NCBI GenBank assembly: GCA_963817955.1
Contig: CAWFQK010000004.1
Span: 1,280,001 to 1,344,000 of the forward strand
Direction of reading: 5' to 3'
Length of the DNA stretch: 64,000 nucleotides
Origin: an uncultured Gemmatimonadaceae bacterium
Lineage (GTDB): Bacteria > Gemmatimonadota > Gemmatimonadetes > Gemmatimonadales > Gemmatimonadaceae
Of this stretch, positions 10,024-19,776 are shown in pieces; the first letter of the stretch is position 1, and each line of letters opens with the position of its first letter. Made by a program: the position numbers and the translations under genes. Under the pieces are notes generated by a model. It was given only the letters and a program-made list of their open reading frames with translations, ran no database searches and was not told where the DNA came from.

Positions 10024-11122
10024 GCCCCCGGCTCCCATAGGGCGGCCGGCGGAGACGCCGGCACAACGAGAGAATGGGCCAGCCGAACGGCAGATAGAAC
10101 GCCAGCAAGTCCAGGTCGCGCACGAACGCGTGCAGACGATTGCGCGCCGGCGGCCGCGTGCGATCACGATCGAAGCGGACGAACGACAACGGCCAGCCTG
10201 TGGGCAGCACGCGCCAGATGCGCTTGCCGGCGGCGCGCAATGCGCTCCATAGCGACTGACGATCGTACGGGCGATCACCGTACGTGGCGACATGACCGTT
10301 GAGCTCGGCCTGCATGTGCTTCCGGATCCGCGCCGCCGTGCGCTCGCGCGTTGGACGGTTGGGATGTTCGTACGACGTCGCACCTTCCTCGCGCAGCATC
10401 TGGCGCACGTCGATCGGGTCGCCGATCACGAATGTCAGATGGGCAGGCAACGCCAGATACCACATCCAGGGGAAGATCAGCGCGAGAATGCCGGCCGGAA
10501 GTGGCAGAAATGGAACATAGAACTTCTGCATCAGGCGGTCGAGCGGGGGGAACGTCACGTGGAACGGCATGATCCACTCGCCATTGACCACGCTCACGGG
10601 GTAGACCGGCACGTCGTATTGAGCGGCGAGAACGACGAAGCTCGTGCGAAAGCGCTGGAGTTGATAGCGGCGATTGAATCCTTTGCCTATTCCCGGCACG
10701 CCTTCGGGATAGTAGATGATGCGTTCGCTCCGCTCGATCAGTCGCTCGAAGTTGTCGTACGTCATGTCCACACCGCCGCCGCGTCTCCACAGATTGTCGA
10801 CACCGAACGGCCGCATCCACCACGCGAGCGCCAGCGCGGGCTCGAACACCGAGCGGTACTTGGTGTCGGCGCGCATGCCATCGCGTTGCCACAGCGCGAA
10901 ATCGAAGACGATGGCATCGTACGGGAACGCCGTGCCACTGTGATTCGCAGCCAGGATCACCGGTCCATCCTGCGGGAGCTTCTCGGCTCCAATGATGCGC
11001 GGTCGAAAATAATGATCGCTGATCGGACCGATGACCTCACGGACGAGCGCTTGGCAGTACTCGGTGCTGAATGGCTCGTAACAGTGCGCCGTGCTCTCGA
11101 CGCGCGCGTCTATGACCGTCAC
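9914..11122 (-). CDS. Lysophospholipid/glycerolipid acyltransferase (PlsC/LPLAT superfamily)
   Basis: NHSGxxxxYD and YYPEG motifs. Confidence 0.85.
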   Translation of the reverse strand: MTVIDARVESTAHCYEPFSTEYCQALVREVIGPISDHYFRPRIIGAEKLPQDGPVILAANHSGTAFPYDAIVFDFALWQRDGMRADTKYRSVFEPALALAWWMRPFGVDNLWRRGGGVDMTYDNFERLIERSERIIYYPEGVPGIGKGFNRRYQLQRFRTSFVVLAAQYDVPVYPVSVVNGEWIMPFHVTFPPLDRLMQKFYVPFLPLPAGILALIFPWMWYLALPAHLTFVIGDPIDVRQMLREEGATSYEHPNRPTRERTAARIRKHMQAELNGHVATYGDRPYDRQSLWSALRAAGKRIWRVLPTGWPLSFVRFDRDRTRPPARNRLHAFVRDLDLLAFYLPFGWPILSLCRRLRRPPYGSRGLSRAAAREQEGAFVWRLSERPLPPRAPSVPGCDPAR

Positions 11123-11123
11123 G

Positions 11124-12791
11124 CTATCCTCCCCGACGAAATGCCAATATCAACGCAGTGACAAAGAGCGTTGCCCAGATGGGCCACGCCACACCGAATG
11201 CCATGAGAATGGCGCCGGCAACCAGACAGAAGCCGGCGAGCAGAGTACCGCGGACGCCGGACAACGGGTTTTCCTGGGGAGTCCGCGTATTTCGCTCGAG
11301 CACGCGAACGCCTTCGGTGACGAGGGACGGCAGCTTCACCAGCGCATCGAGGAGGTCCGGCGCGCCGCGCAACTCGTCGCGCGCAATGCGCAGTGGATTG
11401 AACTGCTCCAGGAACACCGAACGGACGTGGCGGCGCGACACGGTGGCCACGTCGAACCCGGGGAGCAGCACATGCCCCACGCCTTCATAGGTGATGAGGG
11501 CCTTCACCATCAGCACCAACTCGACCGGGAAGTACATGCGGTACTGACCGCCCTGGGCAACCGATTCCAGCACCAACTGCGCGAGCGAGAAACTCTCGAA
11601 CGTGGACGCGCGGTGCCAGCGCGACGAGATCTCGGCCACATCGCGCCGGAATCCGACCGGGTCGCCGCCCGGTCCAGGGTGCGCGACGGCAGCGAGATAT
11701 CGCGCCGCGTTCTCCGAATCGCCCGTGACGAGTGAGTAGAAGTAGTAGAGCAGCGCACGCCGCAGGTCCGGATCCATTCGTCCGACCATCCCCAGATCGA
11801 TGAATCCAATCTTGGCGTGTGGTAGAATGAGCAGATTTCCCGGATGCAGATCGGCGTGGAAGAATCCGTCGCGATACAGCATGCGGATGATTGCCAGCGC
11901 GCCGAGGTCGACGAGGTGCTCGCGTACCGACTCTTCGATTGCCAGCGCGCCCGGCGCATCGGGGCGCACCCCGTCGAGGTACTGCATCGTGAGCACCCGA
12001 CGTCCACTGAGATTGCGTTGGATGGTCGGGAACACGATGTCGGGCTGGTCGGAGAAGTTCGCCGCGAACGTCTCGGCGTTGTCGGCCTCGCGCCGCAGGT
12101 CGATCTCGCGCAGCGTATAGTCGCAGAACTCGGCAATGATCCGCTGCGGCTGGTAGCGCGACAGTACGAGCTGGAGTGTGGCGCCAAGAACGCGCAGAAG
12201 CTTCGCGTCGCGCTCGAGCGTTTCTGCCACACCCGGCTTTACCGCCTTGATGACGACGTCGTCGCCAAAGAGCGTACGTGCGCGATGGATCTGCGCAATC
12301 GATGCCGATGCGAGCGGCGCAGGATCGATCGACTCGTACATTCGATCGACGGAGCGGCCGAGGTCGCGCTCGACCAGCACGCGGAACTCGGCGAACGTCA
12401 CTGCCGGCAACTCGTTGAGTAAGTGCCTGAGCTCCGAGGTTACCGATGCGGGGAGAATGTCCTCGCGTAGGCTGAGAATCTGGCCGAGCTTGATGTAGGT
12501 GGTTCCCATCAACTCGAGTCGACGGCGAAACTGCACGGCAAACTCGAGGTCCACGAGGTCCTTTCGCACGAATGGCCGCGCAACCACGGCGGCCATTCGT
12601 ACGAGCAGCCGAGCAGGCGGCCGGCTGTCGCCCGGACGGCGCCGCGCGTGCGCGACGAGCGCGCCCAGTGCCAGGCCCGCCAGGTGTCGATTGACCACAA
12701 AGGCACGGCGCACGATGCCCGGCGGCGAGCGGACGACCAATCGCTCGAAGCTACGTGGCAGTTCCGCCGACGCGTGGGCCATCGTGGTCAT
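11124..12791 (-). CDS. UbiB/AarF (ABC1) family atypical kinase
   Basis: YIKLGQILS, PLASASIAQIH, FFHADLHPGN, IDLGMVG, C-terminal TM helices. Confidence 0.92.
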   Translation of the reverse strand: MTTMAHASAELPRSFERLVVRSPPGIVRRAFVVNRHLAGLALGALVAHARRRPGDSRPPARLLVRMAAVVARPFVRKDLVDLEFAVQFRRRLELMGTTYIKLGQILSLREDILPASVTSELRHLLNELPAVTFAEFRVLVERDLGRSVDRMYESIDPAPLASASIAQIHRARTLFGDDVVIKAVKPGVAETLERDAKLLRVLGATLQLVLSRYQPQRIIAEFCDYTLREIDLRREADNAETFAANFSDQPDIVFPTIQRNLSGRRVLTMQYLDGVRPDAPGALAIEESVREHLVDLGALAIIRMLYRDGFFHADLHPGNLLILPHAKIGFIDLGMVGRMDPDLRRALLYYFYSLVTGDSENAARYLAAVAHPGPGGDPVGFRRDVAEISSRWHRASTFESFSLAQLVLESVAQGGQYRMYFPVELVLMVKALITYEGVGHVLLPGFDVATVSRRHVRSVFLEQFNPLRIARDELRGAPDLLDALVKLPSLVTEGVRVLERNTRTPQENPLSGVRGTLLAGFCLVAGAILMAFGVAWPIWATLFVTALILAFRRGG

Positions 12792-13972
12792 CGATTGCGT
12801 CCGAGCCGCTCATGCGCCGAGACCCATTCCAGCGTGGAGATCGCAGCGGCGAGAGACAACTCGCCGGCGAGTACCGTGGCGGCAACGATCTCGGCGAGCT
12901 TGTTGACGCTTCCGGGGCCATCGCAACCGATCATGCCCAGACACTCGCGTTGCGTGGGCAGATGCGTACCGCCACCGTGCGTCGCCACGATCAACGAGGG
13001 TATGGTGATGGAGAAATACAGATCACCGGCCGGGGTCAGCTCCACATAGGTGGTCGCGGCCACACTCTCGGCGACATTCGCCACGTCCTGGCCGAGCGCA
13101 ATGAACATCGCGGTGATGGCGTTCGCCGAATGCAGCCCGTTGTTGTTCGTGCCCGAGAGGAGCGCGGCGACGTTCGCCACGCCCCAGTGATACGCGAGTT
13201 GCTCCGGCTCCACGCGGAGCCGCTCGCGCAGCAGGGCGCGCGGGATCGTCACCTCGGCTGTCACCCGCTTGCCTCGCGGGTGCAGGATGTTGACAGCCGA
13301 AGGTTTCTTGTCGGTGGCAAAATTCGACTCGAGGAACGAGCGGCGGACCTTGGCATTATTCGCCAGGATCCATTTGTAGGCGGCGTACGTCGCCTTGCCG
13401 ACCATGTTCTGTCCAGCGGCATCGCCCGTGGTGAAGTTGAAGCGAATGAACGCGAATTTGCTGGCCAGGAATGACTCGATGCGCACCAGTCTGGCCACGT
13501 GCGACGTTGCTTCGGCCTGCACGCGGATCTCATTCATGTGCTCGGCAATCCAGTCGACGAAGTCGCGCGCATCGCGGGCATTGTCGAACACGAACACGGG
13601 CGCGCGCTGCATGGCATCGCTGGAAATGGTCGTCATCACGCCGCCGGCGAGGGACGCGACCTTCATACCTCGGCTGTACGACGCCACCAGCGTGCCCTCG
13701 GTGGTCGCCAGCGGAATCAGAAAGTCGCCGTGTGCGTGCTCGCCATTCACTGTGAGCGGCCCGGCAACGCCGAGTGGAATCTGGGCGGCGCCGAGCAGGT
13801 TCTCGATATTGCAGACCGTCTCTTCCGCGGGGATGGCGGACTGCGAGACATAGTTCAGCTTGGTGCCCGTTTGCTCCTCGCAGAACGTGCACCGTTGCGC
13901 CGCGAGCGCCGGAGAATGGTCCGTCGCCACGTTCCGGTTGTGGGGGATATGCGTTGTCATTACAGATGTCAC
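12788..13972 (-). CDS. Hydroxymethylglutaryl-CoA reductase, class I-like catalytic domain
   Basis: ENLLG, PLATTEGTLVAS, GDAAGQNM, DKKPS, GQDVAN, GGGT, LAGELS, C-terminal His. Confidence 0.88.
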   Translation of the reverse strand: MTSVMTTHIPHNRNVATDHSPALAAQRCTFCEEQTGTKLNYVSQSAIPAEETVCNIENLLGAAQIPLGVAGPLTVNGEHAHGDFLIPLATTEGTLVASYSRGMKVASLAGGVMTTISSDAMQRAPVFVFDNARDARDFVDWIAEHMNEIRVQAEATSHVARLVRIESFLASKFAFIRFNFTTGDAAGQNMVGKATYAAYKWILANNAKVRRSFLESNFATDKKPSAVNILHPRGKRVTAEVTIPRALLRERLRVEPEQLAYHWGVANVAALLSGTNNNGLHSANAITAMFIALGQDVANVAESVAATTYVELTPAGDLYFSITIPSLIVATHGGGTHLPTQRECLGMIGCDGPGSVNKLAEIVAATVLAGELSLAAAISTLEWVSAHERLGRNR

Positions 13973-14071
13973 AAGTGCCGCCTCGTGTGCCGGTCAGGAT
14001 CGACAATGCGGCACACGAGGCTCAAAATCATTAGGGCAAATCACAGTTCACTGTGAGTGCTTTCCCGACTT

Positions 14072-14659
14072 TTATCGAAGATCGGGATTGAGCTCGGGAG
14101 CTTTCAGCTCATCGTGACCGAGCTCACGCATGTCCGCCGCGCGTGGCGGTGCGCCGGTGATCATGGCCTTCATGGCATTGAAGAGCACGCGCGGCGTGCG
14201 ACGATCGTGTTTCGAGTACACCGCCGTGTCCGCCTGAACGAGAATGAGGCCGATGCGCGGATCGTGCGGGCCACCGTCGCGCCTGCCGTCCCCTTCGTCG
14301 CCGAGCCACATCTTCCAGTCGGGCTGATAGAGCGAGTCGATGAGATCGCGATCGCGCGACAGAATCGCATGGCCGCTCACACTCACCCACTCCTTGGAAC
14401 GGCTGTTGAAATACGACAGGTTCACGTGCGGATCGCGCGCGAGCTCTTCGTATTTCTCGCTCTCGATGTTGGTCATGAACCACAGGTCGGTGCCCGTGGT
14501 GCGGCGCTGCGTCTGCATTGGCCGCGACACGAGAGAACCATCGGCGCGACGCGTCGTCACCATGGCGGTTTCAATGCCGTCGATGAGCGAGTACAGGTCG
14601 TCGAGCTTGTTCGCGAGCGGGACTTCGTTGTCGTGGGATTTTTCGGCGGAGTCAGTCAT
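14072..14659 (-). CDS. General stress protein 26 / pyridoxamine 5'-phosphate oxidase-like
   Basis: AMVTT, LVSRPM, LWF, VNLSY, WVSVSG, DPRI. Confidence 0.85.
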   Translation of the reverse strand: MTDSAEKSHDNEVPLANKLDDLYSLIDGIETAMVTTRRADGSLVSRPMQTQRRTTGTDLWFMTNIESEKYEELARDPHVNLSYFNSRSKEWVSVSGHAILSRDRDLIDSLYQPDWKMWLGDEGDGRRDGGPHDPRIGLILVQADTAVYSKHDRRTPRVLFNAMKAMITGAPPRAADMRELGHDELKAPELNPDLR

Positions 14660-14661
14660 GG

Positions 14662-14709
14662 GTGTCATCCTGAGGGAGCGAGATCCTTCGCATTCGCTCA
14701 GGATGACAC
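14662..14709. repeat. Palindromic REP-like repeat (GTCATCCTGAG...CTCAGGATGAC), copy 1
   Basis: 13-bp arms GTGTCATCCTGAG / CTCAGGATGACAC; same family at 19782 and 48775. Confidence 0.85.
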
Positions 14710-14716
14710 GGCAGTT

Positions 14717-15202
14717 TCAATGCCGTAGGGCCATGACCGCTTCCTCGACATCGGCGGCGTGATTCTGTGGTTTCACCTTCTCGAAAACCGTCGCGATCCG
14801 ACCTCTGGGATCAATGACGAATGTCGTCCGGTTCACACCCCAATACCGTTTGCCGAGCATACTCTTTTCCGTCCACACACCGTACCGGTCGGCAATGGCA
14901 TGATCGGTGTCGGCGATCAGCCTGTACGGAAGCTGATATTTCGCTTTGAACTTGCGGTGCGACTCTACCGAGTCGGGACTCACACCGAGCACGACAGCAT
15001 CGAGTCCCTCGAACCGAGGGAGGGCGTCTCGAAACGAGCACGCCTCGATGGTTCAGCCGAAGGTGTTGTCCTTGGGATAGAAGAACAACACCACGACGCG
15101 GCCCTTGAAGTCCGAGAGCGACACGCGCTTGCCCTGGTCGTCGAGCGCCGTGAAATCGGGGGCCTTCACCCCCGTAGTCACCTGACTGATTGCATTGCCC
15201 AT
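14717..15202 (-). CDS. bcp: Peroxiredoxin BCP/PrxQ with in-frame TGA (15053-15055) at the peroxidatic Cys; probable selenoprotein, 161 aa
   Basis: ORFs 15053..15283 and 14717..14992 are one frame: KAPDF...[10 protein letters not shown](TGA)-TIEACSFRD...RTTFVID. Confidence 0.85.
14998..15050 (-). promoter_or_regulatory. Candidate SECIS / UGA-recoding RNA structure
   Basis: Starts 2 nt after the UGA; CAUCGAG/CUCGAUG stem enclosing two hairpins. Confidence 0.6.
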
Positions 15203-15324
15203 GAATCCATCCTGGCGTTGGCCGCAAGGTGGTTGTGGTCCTGTTCTGATGGACACACAGTGAACGGAGCAATTCGGTTGCATCTTGAGTGCCGTTTCCG
15301 TTCACCCGCTGGCGTGCGGAAGGC

Positions 15325-16233
15325 TTACAGCGGTTCCCCGCCCATGAGCGCGGCCATGATCGCCTTCTGGATGTGGAGCCGATTCTCAGCCTCATCCCAG
15401 ACCCGGCTCTGCGGCCCGTCAATGACCTCCGCGGCTACTTCCTCGCCGCGGTGCGCGGGTAGGCAGTGCAGGAAGATCGCGTTCTTATCGGCCTCTTTCA
15501 TCAGCTTGGAATTCACCGTGAATCCGGCGAACGCGCGCTCGCGATCTTTCTGCTCCTGCTCCTGGCCCATCGAGGCCCACACGTCGGTGCTGACGACGTG
15601 CGCTCCATGCGCCGCTTCCATGGGGTCCCGGAGGACGCGGACCTTTGCGACCGTCTGCGCGCGCTCGAGCAGACGGTCGGCCGGCTCGTAGCCTTCCGGA
15701 CAGGCTATATCGAGGTCGAAGCCAAATCGGTACGCCGCGTTGATCCAGGAGTTCGCCATGTTGTTGCCGTCGCCGATCCACGCATACTTCTTGTCGCGCA
15801 CCCCACCGAGATGCTGGCGCACCGTGAGCAGATCGGCGAGGACCTGGCAGGGATGCAGCAGATCGGTGAGGCCGTTGATCACCGGGACATCGGCGTACTT
15901 GGCCAATTCCACGATGTCCTGGTGCGCAAAGGTGCGGATCATGATGCCGTCCACATACCGCGACAAGACGCGCGCGGTGTCGGCGATCGGCTCCCCGCGA
16001 CCCAGTTGCACGTCGCGAGGCGAGAGAAAGAGGGCGTGCCCACCAAGCTGATAGGTGCCGGCCTCGAATGACACGCGCGTTCTCGTGCTCGACTTCATGA
16101 AGATCATCGCGAGCGTCTTTCCCGCCAGCGGCTTCTTGTTGTACTTCCCTTCGCGCATACACTCGGCGATGGCGAACAGTGAGTCGAGCTCGTCGGAAGA
16201 GAAGTCGGGAATGGCGAGGAAGTCGGAGGTCAT
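15325..16233 (-). CDS. argF: Ornithine carbamoyltransferase
   Basis: SSTRTRVSFE, HPCQ, GDGNN, DVWASMG, FLHCLP. Confidence 0.96.
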   Translation of the reverse strand: MTSDFLAIPDFSSDELDSLFAIAECMREGKYNKKPLAGKTLAMIFMKSSTRTRVSFEAGTYQLGGHALFLSPRDVQLGRGEPIADTARVLSRYVDGIMIRTFAHQDIVELAKYADVPVINGLTDLLHPCQVLADLLTVRQHLGGVRDKKYAWIGDGNNMANSWINAAYRFGFDLDIACPEGYEPADRLLERAQTVAKVRVLRDPMEAAHGAHVVSTDVWASMGQEQEQKDRERAFAGFTVNSKLMKEADKNAIFLHCLPAHRGEEVAAEVIDGPQSRVWDEAENRLHIQKAIMAALMGGEPL

Positions 16234-16265
16234 GTGGGGGCGGGTTGCTGGTGGAGACGACAACG

Positions 16266-17753
16266 CTACAAAATGTACTTCCTCAGATCCTCATCCTCCA
16301 CGATCGCCTTCAGACGATCGCGAACGACGGTATCGGTGACGACGATGGCTTCGGTGCCTCGGTCAGGAAGGTCGAAGAGGACATCCTCGAGGAGCGTGGT
16401 CATGACGGTGTGCAGGCGGCGTGCGCCAATGTTCTCCATGCGCTCGTTCACCAGGGCCGCAACGCGCGCGATCTCGGCAATCCCTTCGGTGCGAAACTCG
16501 AGCGTCGCACCCTCCGCCTCGACCAGCGCCGCGTACTGCTTGGTGAGCGCGTTTTCCGGCTCCGTCATGATCCGAATGAAGTCCTGCTCCGTGAGCGCCT
16601 TCAGCTCCACGCGGATGGGGAATCGGCCCTGCAACTCCGGAATGAGGTCGCTCGGCTTGGAAACGTGGAACGCGCCGGCGGCGATGAAGAGCACGTGATC
16701 GGTCTTCACCATGCCGTACTTGGTCTGCACGTTGGAGCCTTCAACGATCGGCAACAGGTCGCGCTGCACGCCTTCCCGTGACACGTCCGGCCCGCCCATC
16801 TGCGACCGCTCGCCAGCGATCTTGTCGATCTCGTCGAGGAAGATGATTCCCAGCTTCTCCACGCGTTCCAGCGCATCGGTCGTGACGTCGTCGAGGTCGA
16901 TCAACTTCTCGAGCTCCTGCTCGAACAGAATGCGCCGGGCTTCCGACACCTTCACGGTGCGTTTCTTCTTCCGCTTGGGCATCATCTCCTTGAGCATGTC
17001 GGAAATGTTGTCCATGCCTTCCGGCGCACCCTGCGACGCAAAGATGTCGAACATCGGACCGCTCTGAGGGACTTCGACTTCCACTTCGCGGTCCTCGAGC
17101 TTTCCGTCGAGCAACAACTGTTTGAGCTTGTCGCGGGTGCGCTTGTAGCGCTCCTGTGCGGGGTCCATCTGCTCCTTCATCACCGCACCGCTGCCGGAAA
17201 CGAGGAACACATTGAGCGCATCGTCAGACGCGGCCGGCGCCTGGCGGTGCTCGCTGGGCGACTCCGAGCCGCGCACGTCGTGGCTCGCTGGCGTCACCGC
17301 TGGTGGCGGCAGCAGCAAGTCGAGCAGACGCTCGTCGACGCGCTCGTGGGCCAGGTCTTCGACCTCGGATTCCAGCTCGCTCCGCACCATGTCGATCGCG
17401 TTCTCGACGAGATCGCGCACCATGGATTCGACATCGCGGCCGACGTAACCGACCTCGGTGAACTTTGACGCCTCCACCTTGATGAACGGCGCACCGGCCA
17501 GCTTCGCCAGGCGGCGCGCAATCTCCGTCTTGCCCACCCCGGTCGGCCCAATGAGGATGATGTTGTTCGGCGAGATTTCCTCGCGGATGCTCTCCGGCGC
17601 CCGCTGACGCCGCCACCGGTTCCGCAGGGCGATGGCGACGGCCTTCTTGGCGTCCGCCTGCCCAACGATGTAGCGATCGAGCTCGGCGGCGATCTGCCGC
17701 GGAGTCAGATCAGCGAGACGGGTAAGCGCCTGTTGCGTACGATTGGACGGCAT
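16266..17753 (-). CDS. hslU: ATP-dependent protease ATPase subunit HslU
   Basis: GPTGVGKTEIARRLA, KFTEVGYVGRDV, DEIDKI, ENIGARRL. Confidence 0.97.
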   Translation of the reverse strand: MPSNRTQQALTRLADLTPRQIAAELDRYIVGQADAKKAVAIALRNRWRRQRAPESIREEISPNNIILIGPTGVGKTEIARRLAKLAGAPFIKVEASKFTEVGYVGRDVESMVRDLVENAIDMVRSELESEVEDLAHERVDERLLDLLLPPPAVTPASHDVRGSESPSEHRQAPAASDDALNVFLVSGSGAVMKEQMDPAQERYKRTRDKLKQLLLDGKLEDREVEVEVPQSGPMFDIFASQGAPEGMDNISDMLKEMMPKRKKKRTVKVSEARRILFEQELEKLIDLDDVTTDALERVEKLGIIFLDEIDKIAGERSQMGGPDVSREGVQRDLLPIVEGSNVQTKYGMVKTDHVLFIAAGAFHVSKPSDLIPELQGRFPIRVELKALTEQDFIRIMTEPENALTKQYAALVEAEGATLEFRTEGIAEIARVAALVNERMENIGARRLHTVMTTLLEDVLFDLPDRGTEAIVVTDTVVRDRLKAIVEDEDLRKYIL

Positions 17754-17776
17754 AGTGGGGAGGATGGCCGATCCTC

Positions 17777-18328
17777 TCAAACGAGAGTTTCCAGGACGGA
17801 GATGTTCGTATTCGTATAGATGCAGATCTCACCCGCAATGTGCATAGCGCGCGTGACGATCTCCTTGGCGTCGAGCTGCGTGTTATCGATCAGCGCGCGC
17901 GCCGCAGCCAGGGCATAGGAGCCCCCCGAACCGATGGCGAGAATGCCGTCGTCGGGCTCGATGAGCTCGCCCGTGCCGGAGATGATGAATCCATACTCCC
18001 GGTCGGCTACGATCAGCAGCGCTTCGAGGCGGCGCAACACGCGATCGCTTCGCCAGTCCTTGGCCAGCTCGACCGCCGCGCGCGGCATGTTGCCCGGATA
18101 GCGCTCGAGCTTTTCCTCGAACTTCTCAAAGAGCGTCATGGCGTCGGCGGCGGCCCCGGCAAAGCCCGCGACGATCTTGCCGGCACGGATGAGCCTGACT
18201 TTCTGCGCGTGGGACTTCATGACCGTCTCGCCAACGGTCACCTGGCCGTCGCCACCAATGGCGACGCGACCGTTCCGGCGAACGGCGAGAATGGTGGTTG
18301 CCCGCATGCGCGGGAGTGGGTTGGGCAT
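17777..18328 (-). CDS. hslV: ATP-dependent protease subunit HslV
   Basis: ATTILAV, GDGQVT, AIGSGG, ICIYTN. Confidence 0.97.
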   Translation of the reverse strand: MPNPLPRMRATTILAVRRNGRVAIGGDGQVTVGETVMKSHAQKVRLIRAGKIVAGFAGAAADAMTLFEKFEEKLERYPGNMPRAAVELAKDWRSDRVLRRLEALLIVADREYGFIISGTGELIEPDDGILAIGSGGSYALAAARALIDNTQLDAKEIVTRAMHIAGEICIYTNTNISVLETLV

Positions 18329-18393
18329 GACCGGAAGATAAGGGGGGACAAAAGCACAGCGGAGCGGCGCATCAAAGCCAGCCGTCGCCCAAA

Positions 18394-18780
18394 TCAGCGG
18401 CGCGTATTCGATTTCGATGATGTGCGCCGCCCGTTCATCGAGACCTCGGCCTCTGGGCGACGACGCGCGGCGCCACGATTCGAGATCGCCTGCCCAAGAT
18501 ATCGCCAGTTACGCACCATGCCGATCAACAGGAGCACGGTGCCCGCGATCACGGCAATCACCGAGTAGGACCACGTGTCGCGACCCATGAATGCGGCAGC
18601 CATGCACAACACGCCGAATCCGATGAACGCTTCCCCGCCGCGACTCCGCTCGATGCGTGGACGGCGGCGACGCTCCCGCCTCACGATGATTTCGTCGGGC
18701 GTCCAGGCATCGAACACGAGACCCAAACCGATGAGTCCGACGAGCACACCCACGATCAGCGGAACGATCTCGATTCGCAT
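18394..18780 (-). CDS. Small membrane protein with Arg-rich loop
   Basis: Three hydrophobic segments; fills the gap between xerC and hslV. Confidence 0.65.
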   Translation of the reverse strand: MRIEIVPLIVGVLVGLIGLGLVFDAWTPDEIIVRRERRRRPRIERSRGGEAFIGFGVLCMAAAFMGRDTWSYSVIAVIAGTVLLLIGMVRNWRYLGQAISNRGAARRRPEAEVSMNGRRTSSKSNTRR

Positions 18781-18843
18781 TGCCGGTCTGCCCAGGGATG
18801 GTCAGCCCGGTCAGAAGCACGTTCCGCACCCGACCGTTGCGCG

Positions 18844-19776
18844 TCAGGCCCGCGGGTGCGCCTTCTGGTAGACCTGCTTCAGCCGCTCGATGCTCGTATG
18901 CGTATAGATCTGCGTCGTGGAGACCGACGCATGGCCCAGGAGCTCCTGCACGGCCCGGAGATCCGCGCCAGCATCCAGGAGATGCGTCGCGAAGCTGTGG
19001 CGCAACGAGTGAACACTGAGCCCCGCATCCTCGTCGATCGCGGCGAGAAACTTGGTGATGGCCGACTGCACCGCGCGCACCCCAATCCGTTTTCCGGTCC
19101 GTGTCAGGAAGACGGCCGTGCGATCCACCTTGGGGCCGAGCCCTCGCAGGAGATCGTCACGCTTCGCCTCGTAGTTTCGAAGCGCGAGGATGGCATGATC
19201 TCCAATGGGGATGATCCGCTCCTTGCGCCCCTTGCCTCGCACCTTCGCCTGCTGCATGACCATGTCGAGATCGCCGCGACTCAATCCCTGGAGTTCCGAC
19301 AAGCGCATGCCGGTAGAGTAGAACAATTCGAGCATCGCGAGATTGCGCACGTCGATGAACTTCCCCTCCCACGCCCGCACCTCGGCCATCTGGAACAGCA
19401 AGTCGATCTGCGTGCGATCGAGATAGCCGGGCAGGTGCTTGTCCATGCGTGGTGCGCCGACGGCACGCGCCGGATTCACATCGACAATTTCGTTGCGGTG
19501 CATGTACCGATAGAAGCTCCGTACCGCGGAGAGCGTGCGTGCCATGGACCGCTTTCCCAGGCCACGCTTCGCGAGATCGCCCAGGAACCCGCGCATGGCG
19601 ATCCGGTCCACGCCCTGCCACGTCCACGACGCACCACCGTAGTACCGTCCGAGAAAGTCGACAAAATCGCGGAGGTCGCGCGAATAAGCGCGCACCGTGT
19701 TGGGCGACACATCACGCTCTTTCGCGAGATGCTCCATGTAGTCGGCCACCTCGGGCGGCACGGGATCGGCGGTCAC
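18844..19776 (-). CDS. xerC: Tyrosine recombinase XerC
   Basis: TGMRLSE, GKGRKER, HSLRHSFATHLL, LLGH, TTQIY; located between trmFO and hslVU. Confidence 0.9.
   Translation of the reverse strand: MTADPVPPEVADYMEHLAKERDVSPNTVRAYSRDLRDFVDFLGRYYGGASWTWQGVDRIAMRGFLGDLAKRGLGKRSMARTLSAVRSFYRYMHRNEIVDVNPARAVGAPRMDKHLPGYLDRTQIDLLFQMAEVRAWEGKFIDVRNLAMLELFYSTGMRLSELQGLSRGDLDMVMQQAKVRGKGRKERIIPIGDHAILALRNYEAKRDDLLRGLGPKVDRTAVFLTRTGKRIGVRAVQSAITKFLAAIDEDAGLSVHSLRHSFATHLLDAGADLRAVQELLGHASVSTTQIYTHTSIERLKQVYQKAHPRA

Noticed and set aside
14717..15202. Genome-wide reassignment of UGA
   Set aside because: Many genes here end in TGA (xerC, trmFO, topA, arfB) and Trp is encoded by TGG.
14717..15283. bcp as two genes or a simple pseudogene
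   Set aside because: Both parts are in one frame, the stop is at the catalytic Cys and a structured RNA follows, so recoding fits better.
18844..19776. Tyrosine recombinase as a phage or island integrase
   Set aside because: It sits in the housekeeping trmFO-xerC-hslVU context with no att site, tRNA or phage genes.
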